A stretch of DNA of 59,792 nt from Flavobacteriales bacterium (GTDB lineage: Bacteria > Bacteroidota > Bacteroidia > NS11-12g > UBA955): NCBI GenBank assembly GCA_947487175.1, contig CANKVM010000003.1, forward strand, positions 1 to 59,792. Reading direction: 5' to 3'. Positions 39,708 through 51,224 of this stretch are shown here, in pieces; within the stretch, counting starts at the first letter, position 1, and the number at the start of each line of letters is the position of its first letter. Under the pieces are notes generated by a model. It had not been told where the DNA came from and did no database searches. It saw nothing but the letters and a program-made list of their open reading frames with translations. The translations under genes and the position numbers were made by a program.

Positions 39708-40988
39708 GTGAATATTTCTTTTCAAAATAGCCTCGAATACGCGAATGATTGCGACAAAAACGATACACTAGCAAAGTTTAGAGATCAATACATCTTTCCA
39801 GTGAATGAAAAAAATGAAAGCCAAATTTATTTTTGTGGTAATTCACTTGGGTTACAACCTAAAACGGCGAAAGAAGCCATAAATATTGAATTAGAAGATT
39901 GGGGTAAATGGGGTGTTGAGGGACATTTTCACGGCAGAAAACCTTGGTTTCATTATCATAAATTCCTAACTGAACATGCTGCCGAAGTGGTTGGAGCAAA
40001 ACCTATTGAGGTTGTTGTGATGAACCAATTAACTGTCAATTTGCATTTATTGATGGTGAGTTTTTACCGTCCCTCAAAAGAAAAATATAAAATAATTATG
40101 GAAGCTGGCGCCTTCCCTTCTGACATGTACGCCATTGAAAGTCAGGTAAAACACCATGGCTTCAATTATAATGATGCAGTGATTGAGTTGACTCCACGAG
40201 AGGGTGAATATACATTAAGAACCGAAGATATTTTAAAAGCAATTGACGACAATGCATCTGAATTGGCATTGGTTTTCTTTAGCGGTGTACAATATTATAC
40301 TGGTCAGTATTTCAATATTCCAGAAATAACTAAAAAAGCCCATGAAGTTGGTGCCATTGCAGGATTTGATTTGGCACATGCAGCTGGGAATTTGAATTTG
40401 AAACTCCACGATTGGGATGTAGATTTTGCTGCTTGGTGTTCGTATAAATATTTAAACAGTGGACCAGGTAATGTTTCGGGCATTTATATTCACGAAAAAC
40501 ACTGCACAAATCCAGAAACTCCTAGATTTTCAGGATGGTGGGGATATCAAGAAAACAAAAGATTTTTAATGGAAAAAGGATACGTTCCTGAAAATGGTGC
40601 AGCAGGTTGGCAATTGTCAAATGCGCCCGTATTTGGAATGGCAGTTCATTTGGCTTCACTTGAATTATTTCATCAGGCAGGCATTGATAACCTAAGAAAT
40701 AAAAGCATTGTTTTAACAAACTATTTAGAATTTATTCTTGAAGATGCAAAAAGTCAGAATGCCAATTTGTCATTTGAGATAATAACTCCAAAGAATGAAC
40801 GTGGTGCGCAACTTTCGTTGCTAACAGATTCAACTGGAAAAGCTCTTTTTGACCATCTGCTTCATCACAATATCATTGCAGATTGGAGAGAGCCTAATGT
40901 GATAAGAATTGCGCCAACGCCTATGTATAACTCATTTTTAGATGTTTATTTGTTGGGAAAAGCAATGATCTCTTTTTCAAATCAATAG
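39708..40988 (+). CDS. kynU: Kynureninase
   Basis: YFCGNSLGLQP, FPSD, DLAHAAGN, WCSYKYLNSGPG. Confidence 0.95.
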   Translation: MNISFQNSLEYANDCDKNDTLAKFRDQYIFPVNEKNESQIYFCGNSLGLQPKTAKEAINIELEDWGKWGVEGHFHGRKPWFHYHKFLTEHAAEVVGAKPIEVVVMNQLTVNLHLLMVSFYRPSKEKYKIIMEAGAFPSDMYAIESQVKHHGFNYNDAVIELTPREGEYTLRTEDILKAIDDNASELALVFFSGVQYYTGQYFNIPEITKKAHEVGAIAGFDLAHAAGNLNLKLHDWDVDFAAWCSYKYLNSGPGNVSGIYIHEKHCTNPETPRFSGWWGYQENKRFLMEKGYVPENGAAGWQLSNAPVFGMAVHLASLELFHQAGIDNLRNKSIVLTNYLEFILEDAKSQNANLSFEIITPKNERGAQLSLLTDSTGKALFDHLLHHNIIADWREPNVIRIAPTPMYNSFLDVYLLGKAMISFSNQ

Positions 40989-41154
40989 TTGCCATTTTGA
41001 GAATACTTTTCAAGTTCAAACTGCCATTTTATCAGTTCCATCAATTTTTTTCTGTTTCCTGTCGCCTTTTTTATTTCAATTGTTTGTAAAATTGTAGTTT
41101 TGTAGCCAATTCGTATTTTGGTGCGATTATTGAAACAACAAATTATATTTTAGA

Positions 41155-43287
41155 ATGACCGAAGAACGCAAAACCCCTGAAAATAAGCCAAGTGGCCGAA
41201 AATTTAATTATTATTGGATATACGGTATTTTATTTATTGTTTTTCTAGCCTTAAGTTTCCTCCCTAAAGGATCTGGACAAGTAACAAGTTGGAACGAAGT
41301 TAGAGACATGGCCATCAAAGGCGATGTTAAAAAATTGGTTCTAGTAAATGACCGTATGGTTGAAGTATTTTTAACTCAAGAAGCTTCCCAACAAAAAAGT
41401 TATTCAAACGCTCAGAAAAAGGATGATCTTTTTGGCCAAACCGAACCAAATTTTAGTTTCGAAATTGAAAAAGGATTCTTTAACAATGAATTTCAAGAAT
41501 TAAAAAGTGATATTGTTAAAGCAGGTAAAAATCCAAACGATTTAACCGTTCAATTTGTAAGTCAAAGTGATATTTTTGGTCAACTTTTTCAATGGATATT
41601 CTTTATTGCTATTTTCTTGGTTTTCTGGAACCTTATGTTCAAGAAAATGGGAGGCGGCGGAGGCGGAGGAGGCCCTAATATATTCAGTATTGGACGTTCA
41701 AAAGCTCAATTATATGACAAAGACACCAAAGTAAATATTTCATTTAAAGATGTTGCTGGATTAGAGGAAGCCAAAGAGGAAGTGATGGAAATCGTTGATT
41801 TTCTGAAAAATCCAAAAAAATATACTGATTTAGGTGGTAAAATCCCAAAAGGCGCCCTTCTTGTTGGCCCTCCGGGTACAGGTAAAACTTTATTAGCCAA
41901 AGCCGTTGCTGGTGAAGCAGGTGTGCCATTTTTCTCTTTGTCAGGTTCTGATTTCGTAGAAATGTTTGTTGGTGTTGGAGCAAGTCGTGTGCGTGACCTT
42001 TTCAAACAAGCTAAAGAAAAAGCACCTGCCATTATTTTTATCGATGAAATTGATGCAATTGGTAGAGCAAGAGGAAAAAATTTAATACAAAACTCTAACG
42101 ATGAACGTGAAAACACATTGAACCAACTTCTTTCCGAAATGGATGGATTTGGAACAGATTCTGGTGTTATCATTCTTGCCGCTACAAACCGTGCCGACAT
42201 TCTTGATAGCGCGTTAATGCGTCCAGGTCGTTTCGACAGACAAATTAGTGTTGACAGACCAGACATCGTTGGTAGAGAGCAAATTTTCAAAGTGCATCTT
42301 AAACCATTAACCAAACTAAATGCAGATGTTGATGTGCATAGATTGGCCGCTCAAACTCCTGGTTTTGCCGGTGCTGAAATTGCAAATGTATGTAACGAGG
42401 CCGCATTGATTGCAGCCCGCCATGGTAAAGATCAAGTTACAATGAAAGATTTCCAAGATGCTATTGATAGAGTTATCGGCGGATTGGAAAAGAAAAATAA
42501 AATAATATCTCCTGAAGAAAAGAAAATTGTTGCCTATCATGAAGCAGGACATGCTGTTGCAGGCTGGTTCCTTGAATTTGCAGACCCTTTACTGAAGGTT
42601 TCTATTGTTCCTCGTGGTGTTGCAGCTTTGGGATATGCACAATATCTTCCAAAAGAACAGTATTTATACCGCACCGAACAATTGATTGATAGCATGTGTA
42701 TGACACTTGGTGGTCGTGTGGCTGAACAAATTTTCTTTGGAAAAATTTCAACTGGAGCACAAAATGATTTGGAAAGAATTACCAAATTAGCCTATAGTAT
42801 GATTACTATTTATGGTATGAGTGCCAAAGTTGGAAACGTAAGTTTTAATGATCCAACAGGCGAATATGGCTACCAACGTCCATATTCTGAGCAAACCGCT
42901 CAAATTATTGATCAAGAAGTAAGAGAATTGATTGACAGTGCTTACAAGCGAACCATGGAATTATTGAGCGAGAAAAAATCTGAGTTAGAAGCAGTGGCAT
43001 TAGAATTGCTCGACAAGGAAATTATATTCAAATCAGATTTAGACAGACTTATTGGTAAACGCCCATTCGCTGAAGATGAAGATATTACAGCTACAATTGC
43101 AGCTGCCAATTTAACAGATAGCGAAAAGAACGAACCAAAGTTACCAGCAGCTGAAACTCCTGTTACAATTGAACCTGCTAACGAATCTGAAGTAGATGAA
43201 AACAATGTAAACACTTCTGAAAAATCTAATACTGACACAACTGAAGAAACAACTGCTACTTCAGAAGAATCGAATAAACCCGAATAA
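41155..43287 (+). CDS. ftsH: ATP-dependent zinc metalloprotease
   Basis: Two TM helices, [29 protein letters not shown]. Confidence 0.97.
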   Translation: MTEERKTPENKPSGRKFNYYWIYGILFIVFLALSFLPKGSGQVTSWNEVRDMAIKGDVKKLVLVNDRMVEVFLTQEASQQKSYSNAQKKDDLFGQTEPNFSFEIEKGFFNNEFQELKSDIVKAGKNPNDLTVQFVSQSDIFGQLFQWIFFIAIFLVFWNLMFKKMGGGGGGGGPNIFSIGRSKAQLYDKDTKVNISFKDVAGLEEAKEEVMEIVDFLKNPKKYTDLGGKIPKGALLVGPPGTGKTLLAKAVAGEAGVPFFSLSGSDFVEMFVGVGASRVRDLFKQAKEKAPAIIFIDEIDAIGRARGKNLIQNSNDERENTLNQLLSEMDGFGTDSGVIILAATNRADILDSALMRPGRFDRQISVDRPDIVGREQIFKVHLKPLTKLNADVDVHRLAAQTPGFAGAEIANVCNEAALIAARHGKDQVTMKDFQDAIDRVIGGLEKKNKIISPEEKKIVAYHEAGHAVAGWFLEFADPLLKVSIVPRGVAALGYAQYLPKEQYLYRTEQLIDSMCMTLGGRVAEQIFFGKISTGAQNDLERITKLAYSMITIYGMSAKVGNVSFNDPTGEYGYQRPYSEQTAQIIDQEVRELIDSAYKRTMELLSEKKSELEAVALELLDKEIIFKSDLDRLIGKRPFAEDEDITATIAAANLTDSEKNEPKLPAAETPVTIEPANESEVDENNVNTSEKSNTDTTEETTATSEESNKPE

Positions 43288-43304
43288 CATCATTTAACTT
43301 ATAT

Positions 43305-43342
43305 AAAAAAGAGGTGCAATTGGTCTATTGCACCTCTTTTTT
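43305..43342. terminator. Bidirectional intrinsic terminator
   Basis: AAAAAAGAGGTGCAAT-tggtct-ATTGCACCTCTTTTTT. Confidence 0.9.
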
Positions 43343-43388
43343 ATTATTCACATCAATATCTTAACCCGTCTAATCCGTCTAACCTAGA

Positions 43389-45215
43389 TTATGATCCCAA
43401 CTCTTGCAATTGAATTAGCTTGGCATACAATCCACCTTTTGCTATCAATTCTTGGTGTTTACCAATTTCAATGATTTTACCCTTTTCCAATACAACTATT
43501 TTATCAGCATGCATCACCGTACTCAATCTATGTGCCACTACCAGGCTCGTACGATTGCGCATAAGGCTCTCTAAGGCCATTTGAACAGCCTTTTCGCTCT
43601 GAGAGTCCAAAGCGGATGTTGCTTCGTCTAAAATTAAAATTTCAGGGTCTTTTAACAATGCACGCGCAATAGATAGTCTTTGCTTTTGTCCACCGCTTAA
43701 TTTTCCGCCTCGTTCACCAATTTCAGACTCGTATCCTTTTTCCATTTCCATAATGAAATCATGGGCATAAGCCGCTTTGGCAGCAGATTCAACTTGTTCC
43801 ATTGTCAGTTCAGGCCTGCCTAACGCAATATTATTTCGAATCGTATCATTGAATAAAATACTCTCCTGATTTACTATACCAACCAATTGTCTTAAATCTT
43901 CTTGATTGAACTCACGAATATCAATTCCGTCAAGCAAAATTGCACCCGAAGAAACATCGTAAAATCTGGCTATCAAATCTGTAATGGTGGTTTTACCCGC
44001 ACCTGAAGGTCCAACAAATGCAATTGTTTCACCTTTATTTATTTTGAGGGACACATTGCTAAGTACCTCACTTCCCTCGAGGTAAGAAAATCCAACATTG
44101 GCTAATTCCAAGGTACTTTCAAATTTAGGAGTTTTGGGATTTTTAGGATCTTCAACCACAACAGGGGCCGTAACCAAATCTTGAATTCTATCCAAGCTCG
44201 CCATTCCCTTCTGTGCGGCATATAAAGCATTTGAAAAACCTTTAAACGGAGGAATAAGTTGACTAAAAATAGTAAAATAACCCAAAAAGAATTCTGGATC
44301 CAATTCACCACTAAACACCATTTTTCCGCCTAACCACAAAAGCAGTGCAGAAACCGTAATACCTATTGTTTCACTCACCGGCGATGATAAATCATATCTG
44401 CGTTGAACTGAAATGTTATTTTTGGTATAATCTAAATCCTGATCACTGTATCTGTTAAAGAAAAACTTTGAAGCATTAAACGCCTTAATAACCCGAATTC
44501 CGCCAAGAGTTTCCTCAAAAGAACTCATTACCCTGCCTAACAATTGTTGATTTTTACCCGACTTTCTGCGTAATGACCTACCAATCAAAGCAATGATAAC
44601 AGCTGTAATTGGCAAAAACAAAAGTATATATAGGGTTAATTTAGCAGAAAGCACAACCAATGCCAACATGAAAATAATTATGTTCAATGGCTGAAAATAA
44701 AGTGCCTCTAATGAAACCATCAAAGCAAATTCAATCTCTTTAATATCATTGCTCATCTTCGAAATCAAATCGCCTTTTCTTTCATTATTAAAATAGGCAA
44801 TTGGCAGATTCAAACATTTCTCATATATATCCAATCTCATTTGTCTGATGCTCTTATTTCTAATTAGCACCATGTAATTCATTGCGGTAAAACGAGCAGC
44901 ATTTTTAAATAAAGTTACAATAACCAAACCTATACTCAAATAAGCCAAAGCAGTATATGGATCGCCTTTGGCCATTGCACCAAACCAATCAATAAAAGAT
45001 TGATAAAGTCCAGCAAACCATTTTCCAACGTCTTTTTGATTTACATGCAAATCAGATATTTGTTGATCTTTACTGAATAAAAATTTCAGCACAGGCATGA
45101 TCAACAACAATGTAATTAAGTTGAATAATATGTAAAACAGATTAAATAAGAAATTTAAAAAGATTAATCCCTTATAATCTGCAGCATACTTAAGAAATTT
45201 TAATACAGCTTTCAA
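43389..45215 (-). CDS. MsbA-like ABC exporter (fused TMD and NBD)
   Basis: Six-TM domain, GPSGAGKT, LSGGQKQR, DEATSALD; TTG start. Confidence 0.9.
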   Translation of the reverse strand: MKAVLKFLKYAADYKGLIFLNFLFNLFYILFNLITLLLIMPVLKFLFSKDQQISDLHVNQKDVGKWFAGLYQSFIDWFGAMAKGDPYTALAYLSIGLVIVTLFKNAARFTAMNYMVLIRNKSIRQMRLDIYEKCLNLPIAYFNNERKGDLISKMSNDIKEIEFALMVSLEALYFQPLNIIIFMLALVVLSAKLTLYILLFLPITAVIIALIGRSLRRKSGKNQQLLGRVMSSFEETLGGIRVIKAFNASKFFFNRYSDQDLDYTKNNISVQRRYDLSSPVSETIGITVSALLLWLGGKMVFSGELDPEFFLGYFTIFSQLIPPFKGFSNALYAAQKGMASLDRIQDLVTAPVVVEDPKNPKTPKFESTLELANVGFSYLEGSEVLSNVSLKINKGETIAFVGPSGAGKTTITDLIARFYDVSSGAILLDGIDIREFNQEDLRQLVGIVNQESILFNDTIRNNIALGRPELTMEQVESAAKAAYAHDFIMEMEKGYESEIGERGGKLSGGQKQRLSIARALLKDPEILILDEATSALDSQSEKAVQMALESLMRNRTSLVVAHRLSTVMHADKIVVLEKGKIIEIGKHQELIAKGGLYAKLIQLQELGS

Positions 45216-45280
45216 ATTGTTGCAAAATTACGGAATATTCTGATTGTTTTAATCAGTTCATTTATGCGACTAAATTGCAT

Positions 45281-45311
45281 AAAAAAGGCCCAAGTTGAAA
45301 CTTGGGCCTTT
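45281..45311 (-). terminator. Intrinsic terminator of the T9SS cargo gene
   Basis: AAAGGCCCAAGT-tgaa-ACTTGGGCCTTT; the A6 run gives a U tract on the minus strand. Confidence 0.85.
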
Positions 45312-45346
45312 CTAATTTTGCCATCCATATGGCAATTGATTATAAT

Positions 45347-48300
45347 TTATTTAACAAATAATCTATCAACGAATGATTGACCAGCTAAATTGGTAATTCT
45401 AACAAATAACATTCCTTTAAAATTATCCAATTGTACATTCAATTCTGAATTTGAGAAATTTGTATTTTTAAAGCTTTTCACAATTCTTCCAGACAAATCA
45501 ATAAACTCAACTTTTACAATATTTTGTGCATTGTTAAAGTTTATAGTTTCAACAGCCGGATTAGGATACATTTTGAAATTTCCTTGTGAGAAATCCTTAA
45601 CTGCACTTGCTTCATTGTCCTTAATGGTTAAGATCATCAATGAGTCCTTTCCATAAGCACCTGGGCCTTTAATATTGCGGATTGCAAACGTTAGGAACAA
45701 ATCTCCCTGATAAATCAAATCATCAGTAATGTTTGTTTTGACACTGAAATAGTTATTATTTTTTGTTACAATGATTGTTTTGTTTGCAAAGTCATAATCT
45801 GCAGGACTTGCAGCTGTACCACCAAGACAAACAACGTCAAATGTGAAATTCTCATCCGATGGAAAAACTGAAATATCCATTTTGAAAGAATCAGCCAATT
45901 CAAAAACAGAATCTTTACCATTCATAAATTTCACAGTTGGCAAACTAGAAACAGAAATATCTGAAATTTTACGAGGCGTTAAATAGTATTTTGTTGTGAA
46001 TGGAGATGTTGCATCCATTTGCGTTCCAATACCAATAACATTGATGTATCCTGTAGGAGTTGCCATTCCAGATATATTGGTTTCTGCATCAATATTCAAA
46101 GTATCAACATTACCAGAAGTACTAATTACCCTTACAAATTTATTTGTATTTGCACTTAAAGCAGTTGTTGGCCATTCTGCAATATCAACCAATTTTACTC
46201 TATTCAACTGAACCAATTTAGACTCTGTAGTTTCATTAATTTTAGTAACAGAAACTGGCGAAACCATTTTATTATTGTTTGAAATTTTAATGATGGTATC
46301 TAGTTTATCCATTTGAGCATAACCCTGATTCTGATTCACCGAACCTTGAACCATAATAGAATCACCTTCTTTTAGTGTGTAACCAAAATTATTCGTTGCC
46401 GATAGTACTCCAATTCCACCTGTATTATCCATCATAGTAAATTCTAAGCCAGTAGATTTCAAGTTAACACCGTAAACCGTACCATAAATTCTGCATTTTA
46501 CATTTAAAGAATCCGCAGCTTTGTTAATTTTTGTTTGCTTGTTTATTTTTCCGATAGGATAAATCGGATAATCGTCATCTTTTATTAAAACGTTAAATGT
46601 ATCAGATTTAGCAATGTAAAAATTAGACAAATTAGCCAATCCAAATTTCATATTTTCAGTAACCTCAAATATATTGTCATCAACTATTGGAATACTAATA
46701 CTTAGCGTATCAGATGTAGTAGAAGTAACGTTAAAGATTTTAGATGCTGGATTAAATTTAAAGTCTCCAGGATTTTGAGCTGTACTTAATGCTGTATAGA
46801 GTCTAAAGGTAAAATCACCACCGGCATCTTTTTTATTAACCAATAGCATTTTAATATTTACAGAACCCACATTTTCTTTTACAGTTATGCCAGAACCAAT
46901 AAACTTAACAGTAGATGGCCCATCATTATCCATAATTATAATTGTTCCTAATGAATCTTTAGAAATTAATCCACCTCCTGTAATTTGTCTTACTACAACA
47001 ATCAATGAATCATCTTTATCAGACATTATATCATCAAAAACTTTCCCTTTGATTATAATAGAATCAGGACCAGTAGTTTTACCCAAATTGAAAGTAGTAT
47101 CATTATTGTTGCTGCTCAAAGAAAATTCTGCCGGAATAAAAGTACTATCCGCTTTATATTTCACCATTAATCTTAATTTGCAAGCAGTGTTAACAGCCTT
47201 GTCAATTTTGATTTTGATCCCAACAGTACCTGCGCTTTCTTTTACTTTGATCTTAGCTGGCAAAATTGAAATATTTGCAATGTCATTATCTGTAACAGTT
47301 GCAGTATGCGCAACTTCTGTCCCAATTAAACAATTAACTGCTTGATCTAAACGTAAAACTATTGTTTCTGAACCTTCTGCAATATTGTCATCATTTAATG
47401 TAATTACTGTTGTGTCGTTTGCTGCCACACCTGGTTTGAATTTGATCACTTTAGGTTCAACTACATCGTAATCAGCGCTAGCACCTTTGGAAGCAGTACC
47501 ACCAACAACATACAATCTCACAGATTGGTTGTCTGAGTTGCTATATTTCCTTGTAACATAAACATTGAATTTACCCGCACCTTCTCCAATTGTAGAAGTT
47601 CTTGTCCAAAATTCAATTTTGGGAGCAATCATCGGCGCATCATCAACCGTAAATATAATTGGGCTAGTTGCACCTCCTGAAGGATTTTTTGTATTTCTAT
47701 TGTTCACACCCCAAATTGCATTTGTATCTGTATTTGCATAAATTGAAAATCCAGTAGAAGCTGATAAATTATCAATCCTCTTAACGCCTGAAGCCAAATT
47801 GTTTGGAATAATTGTACCCCAACGCCCAGATTTACCAACAACACTATCTGATAAAAATTTAACTATGCTAGAATATGATGCTCCTGAATAAGAACTATTT
47901 TCAATATTTGCAATTGACAATGGCCTTCCTGTTCCGTTCACATTATCAAACAATCCAGCAAAACTTTTTGCTGAAGCCATACTTTTACCCCAAACCGCTG
48001 TTCCAGAATTTGAGTTTGCCGTTGTACCCCATTGCAATACGGTAATTGAATCTTGACAGAAATATCTCAAAGTATCATTTGGATTGCTAATACCCAAAAT
48101 AGTAACTGCCAAGTATAATTTGTTACCAGCGGTAAATCTAGAATTACCATCATTTACAACGGAAAACCATCCTTCAACAGCACCTGTCATATCACTACTC
48201 AAAGTATCACAACCACCTGTAGTTTTAAAGCTTGTGGTTGTTGCATATCTATAATTTCCTTGTGAATCAATGTATAAATTACTTCCTGAACCAATTGCTG

Positions 48301-48529
48301 TATCGCTGTATTGATAAAGTTCAGATGATTTCATCATTTTAACAATATACTTATATTTTGAATTTGGTGTAAAACCATCCATTCTCAATTTAGCAAAAAC
48401 CGGTAAACGCGCTGTAGAACCTGATGCCATGTACTGAGGTACTTGCATTCCAGTTGTTTTAATTGATGAATATTGAGCTTTGGAAAAGCCAATTTGTAGC
48501 ACCAATAACATAAATAATATCTTTTTCAT
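45347..48529 (-). CDS. T9SS-secreted multidomain surface protein (Calx-beta repeats, OB-fold-like region, type A CTD)
   Basis: Signal peptide; Calx-beta-like DD..EG.ET..L.L and TI.DND motifs; C-terminal YPNPA...DLSGR..K. Confidence 0.8.
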   Translation of the reverse strand: MKKILFMLLVLQIGFSKAQYSSIKTTGMQVPQYMASGSTARLPVFAKLRMDGFTPNSKYKYIVKMMKSSELYQYSDTAIGSGSNLYIDSQGNYRYATTTSFKTTGGCDTLSSDMTGAVEGWFSVVNDGNSRFTAGNKLYLAVTILGISNPNDTLRYFCQDSITVLQWGTTANSNSGTAVWGKSMASAKSFAGLFDNVNGTGRPLSIANIENSSYSGASYSSIVKFLSDSVVGKSGRWGTIIPNNLASGVKRIDNLSASTGFSIYANTDTNAIWGVNNRNTKNPSGGATSPIIFTVDDAPMIAPKIEFWTRTSTIGEGAGKFNVYVTRKYSNSDNQSVRLYVVGGTASKGASADYDVVEPKVIKFKPGVAANDTTVITLNDDNIAEGSETIVLRLDQAVNCLIGTEVAHTATVTDNDIANISILPAKIKVKESAGTVGIKIKIDKAVNTACKLRLMVKYKADSTFIPAEFSLSSNNNDTTFNLGKTTGPDSIIIKGKVFDDIMSDKDDSLIVVVRQITGGGLISKDSLGTIIIMDNDGPSTVKFIGSGITVKENVGSVNIKMLLVNKKDAGGDFTFRLYTALSTAQNPGDFKFNPASKIFNVTSTTSDTLSISIPIVDDNIFEVTENMKFGLANLSNFYIAKSDTFNVLIKDDDYPIYPIGKINKQTKINKAADSLNVKCRIYGTVYGVNLKSTGLEFTMMDNTGGIGVLSATNNFGYTLKEGDSIMVQGSVNQNQGYAQMDKLDTIIKISNNNKMVSPVSVTKINETTESKLVQLNRVKLVDIAEWPTTALSANTNKFVRVISTSGNVDTLNIDAETNISGMATPTGYINVIGIGTQMDATSPFTTKYYLTPRKISDISVSSLPTVKFMNGKDSVFELADSFKMDISVFPSDENFTFDVVCLGGTAASPADYDFANKTIIVTKNNNYFSVKTNITDDLIYQGDLFLTFAIRNIKGPGAYGKDSLMILTIKDNEASAVKDFSQGNFKMYPNPAVETINFNNAQNIVKVEFIDLSGRIVKSFKNTNFSNSELNVQLDNFKGMLFVRITNLAGQSFVDRLFVK

Positions 48530-48612
48530 TGTAATTTTTCGAATATTACAAATTTAATCAACTATTTGACATTAGCAACACTCTTATTGGCACTCGCCAC
48601 ATCAGGCCTCAC

Positions 48613-49326
48613 CTATAAAGTGAATCCCAATGCCAGAACACTCACTTTAACATCCTTAAACTGATGAACTGCCCTAACACATGATTCAATGGTAGAACCA
48701 GTTGTAATAACATCATCTACAATAACAATATGCGTATAATTATCGTTAAGCTCATTCAATGCATATAAATCCTTGGTATTTTCCCAACGAGAAAATCGAT
48801 TCTTTTTTGTTTGGCTTTCTGCCTCTATATCTCTTTTTAAAATATTCATATCCAAAGGAATACCTAAAGAAAGAGATAAACCTTTGGCAATCTCTTCCGA
48901 TTGATTATATCCCCTTTTCTTTAATTTTTTCGGATGCATTGGTACTGGCACCAGACAATCAAAATTATTATCTATCAAATGGTTGCTTTTAAGCCAATTT
49001 CCATATTTATTACCTAAGTCATTTGCCAATATCATACCACCGTCATATTTAATGTTTTTTATCAAAGAAGCGTATTTAGAATCACTTCGGTATTTGATGT
49101 AAGCTCCCGCAGCATCTATTTTGCAACGTCCCCAAAAAGTTTTTTCAACTGGATTTTCTGTACCCAAATTATAATATCCGAATGGTATACCTCCCTCGCA
49201 TTTTAAACATAAATATTGTTCATGCCCATAAATAATTTTGTTACAAACCAAACAATATCTCGGGAAAATTACATCTATAAATGAATTATATATTTCCCTC
49301 ATGCTTTTATCGAATATTTCATTCAT
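48613..49326 (-). CDS. comF: ComF-family protein (double zinc ribbon plus PRTase domain)
   Basis: CLVC and CLKC, VPVP.H...RGYNQ, VDDVITTGST. Confidence 0.85.
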   Translation of the reverse strand: MNEIFDKSMREIYNSFIDVIFPRYCLVCNKIIYGHEQYLCLKCEGGIPFGYYNLGTENPVEKTFWGRCKIDAAGAYIKYRSDSKYASLIKNIKYDGGMILANDLGNKYGNWLKSNHLIDNNFDCLVPVPMHPKKLKKRGYNQSEEIAKGLSLSLGIPLDMNILKRDIEAESQTKKNRFSRWENTKDLYALNELNDNYTHIVIVDDVITTGSTIESCVRAVHQFKDVKVSVLALGFTL

Positions 49327-49394
49327 TTAAAACAACTTTTTTGCCAATTCCCCCCACGAATTGAAATAAACACCGAAATTTGTTTTTTTAAAGT

Positions 49395-51224
49395 ATGGCA
49401 TCACGACGATTTGAAGACAGAGATATTCCAAAAACCAAAATAAGCATGGGCGCAATTAAACGCGCATTTCGTTTATTTAATTACATTTCTACAACCAATA
49501 AATGGCTATTTTTATTAGGAACACTTTTTTTAGCAATTACAGCGGGTGCCTCAATTTTATTTCCAAAATTATTGGGAAATATGATGGACGGGGTCTTCGT
49601 TTATAAACAAGGTTCAGTTTCTACGGCCCCTTCAATGGATAAAATTACCCAAGTTGCAAATTGGTTTATTTATCTTTTTATCATTCAAGCCGTATTCAGT
49701 TTCTTGCGAATTGCACTTTATGTTAAAGTTACTGAAAACATGACCTTCTCTCTGCGAACTAGTCTTTTCAAATCAGTTATAAATCAGAACATGGACTTTC
49801 ACTCAAAAAACAGAGTGGGCGACTTATTGTCGCGTTTTAGTTCAGACATTTCTCAAATACAAGATACATTTACTACAAACATTGCCATGTTTATCAGACA
49901 AATATTGGTAATGATAGGAGGCGTTTTTTTAATCTTTAAAACATCACCACAACTTGCAGTTTATATGTTGGCCACTGTTCCAGTAATTATTGTTGTTGCA
50001 TTGATTTTTGGAAAATTTATTCGTAAAATTTCAAGGGAGGTACAAGACTTAACAGCCCAAAATAATATTATTGTTGAAGAATCCATCACCGGGATCATCA
50101 ATGTAAAAGCATACACCAACGAACTTTTTGAACATACGCGCTACATCAAAAATGCATTTACGCTTCAAAAAGAAAGTGTAATTAGGGGATATTGGAGAGG
50201 TGCTTTCAGCTCGTTTATTATTGTTTGTTTGTTTGGAAGTATTGTATTTTTGATTTTTAAGGGACTTGGACTTGTTCAAGCCGGCGAATTAGGCATTGGC
50301 GAATTATTCAATTTCATGCTTTTAACAGCCTTTGTTGGAGGCAGCATTGGCGGAATGGCTGAACAATTTGTGCAAATTCAAAAAACACTAGGAGCAGTAG
50401 AAAGAGTTCTTGATATTATTGAAATGCCTATCGAATCTAATAATTCAAGCAATTCACCTGACTTCAATCAACCAATCAAATTTGAAAATATAGAATTCTC
50501 ATACCCCTCAAGACCAGAAAATCTCGTTTTAAAAGGCATTTCATTAACCTTAGAACCCGGAAAAACAATTGCGCTTGTTGGACCAAGTGGTTCAGGCAAA
50601 AGCACCATTGCAAGTTTAATTTACCAATTTTATAAACCTACAAATGGAAAAATCAACCTTGGAAATAAAAACATTAACGATTTAAATTTAATTGATTACA
50701 GAAACAACTTCGCCTATGTTCCACAAGAAGTTGTGCTTTTTGGTGGTAGCATTTATGAAAATATCCTTTACGGAAATCCAGCGGCAACAAACCAAGAAGT
50801 AATAGATGCAGCAACCAAAGCAAATGCAATTAATTTTATTAATGAATTTCCTGAAAAATTCGAAACACTAGTTGGCGATAGAGGCATGAAACTTTCTGGT
50901 GGACAAAAACAACGAATTGCAATTGCAAGGGCCATAATTAGAAATCCAAAAATATTGATTCTCGACGAAGCAACTTCTGCACTTGATTCAGAAAGCGAAT
51001 TTGAAGTTCAGAAAGCATTGGCAGAATTAATGAAAAATAGAACTTCAATTGTTATTGCCCACAGATTAAGTACAATTCGATATGCCAACAATATACTTGT
51101 TATTAGAAGTGGTAAAATTATTGAAAATGGAAACCACCTTGAATTAATGACAATTGAAAACGGAATCTATAAAAACATGATCGAAAGACAATTAGATCCT
51201 TCTGATTATTTTAGCGAAAATTAA
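49395..51224 (+). CDS. ABC exporter, fused TMD and NBD (ABCB/MsbA-like)
   Basis: FSYPSRP, GPSGSGKST, LSGGQKQR, DEATSALD. Confidence 0.9.
   Translation: MASRRFEDRDIPKTKISMGAIKRAFRLFNYISTTNKWLFLLGTLFLAITAGASILFPKLLGNMMDGVFVYKQGSVSTAPSMDKITQVANWFIYLFIIQAVFSFLRIALYVKVTENMTFSLRTSLFKSVINQNMDFHSKNRVGDLLSRFSSDISQIQDTFTTNIAMFIRQILVMIGGVFLIFKTSPQLAVYMLATVPVIIVVALIFGKFIRKISREVQDLTAQNNIIVEESITGIINVKAYTNELFEHTRYIKNAFTLQKESVIRGYWRGAFSSFIIVCLFGSIVFLIFKGLGLVQAGELGIGELFNFMLLTAFVGGSIGGMAEQFVQIQKTLGAVERVLDIIEMPIESNNSSNSPDFNQPIKFENIEFSYPSRPENLVLKGISLTLEPGKTIALVGPSGSGKSTIASLIYQFYKPTNGKINLGNKNINDLNLIDYRNNFAYVPQEVVLFGGSIYENILYGNPAATNQEVIDAATKANAINFINEFPEKFETLVGDRGMKLSGGQKQRIAIARAIIRNPKILILDEATSALDSESEFEVQKALAELMKNRTSIVIAHRLSTIRYANNILVIRSGKIIENGNHLELMTIENGIYKNMIERQLDPSDYFSEN

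Noticed and set aside
41706-42785. Long antisense ORFs inside ftsH (similar ones occur in obgE, DUF502, polA and the T9SS gene)
   Set aside because: They are antisense shadows of conserved genes, with no recognisable motifs or expression signals.
43362-43386. Short 9-bp repeat TAA(C/T)CCGTC, about 2.5 copies
   Set aside because: It is too short and low-copy to distinguish from chance or slippage.
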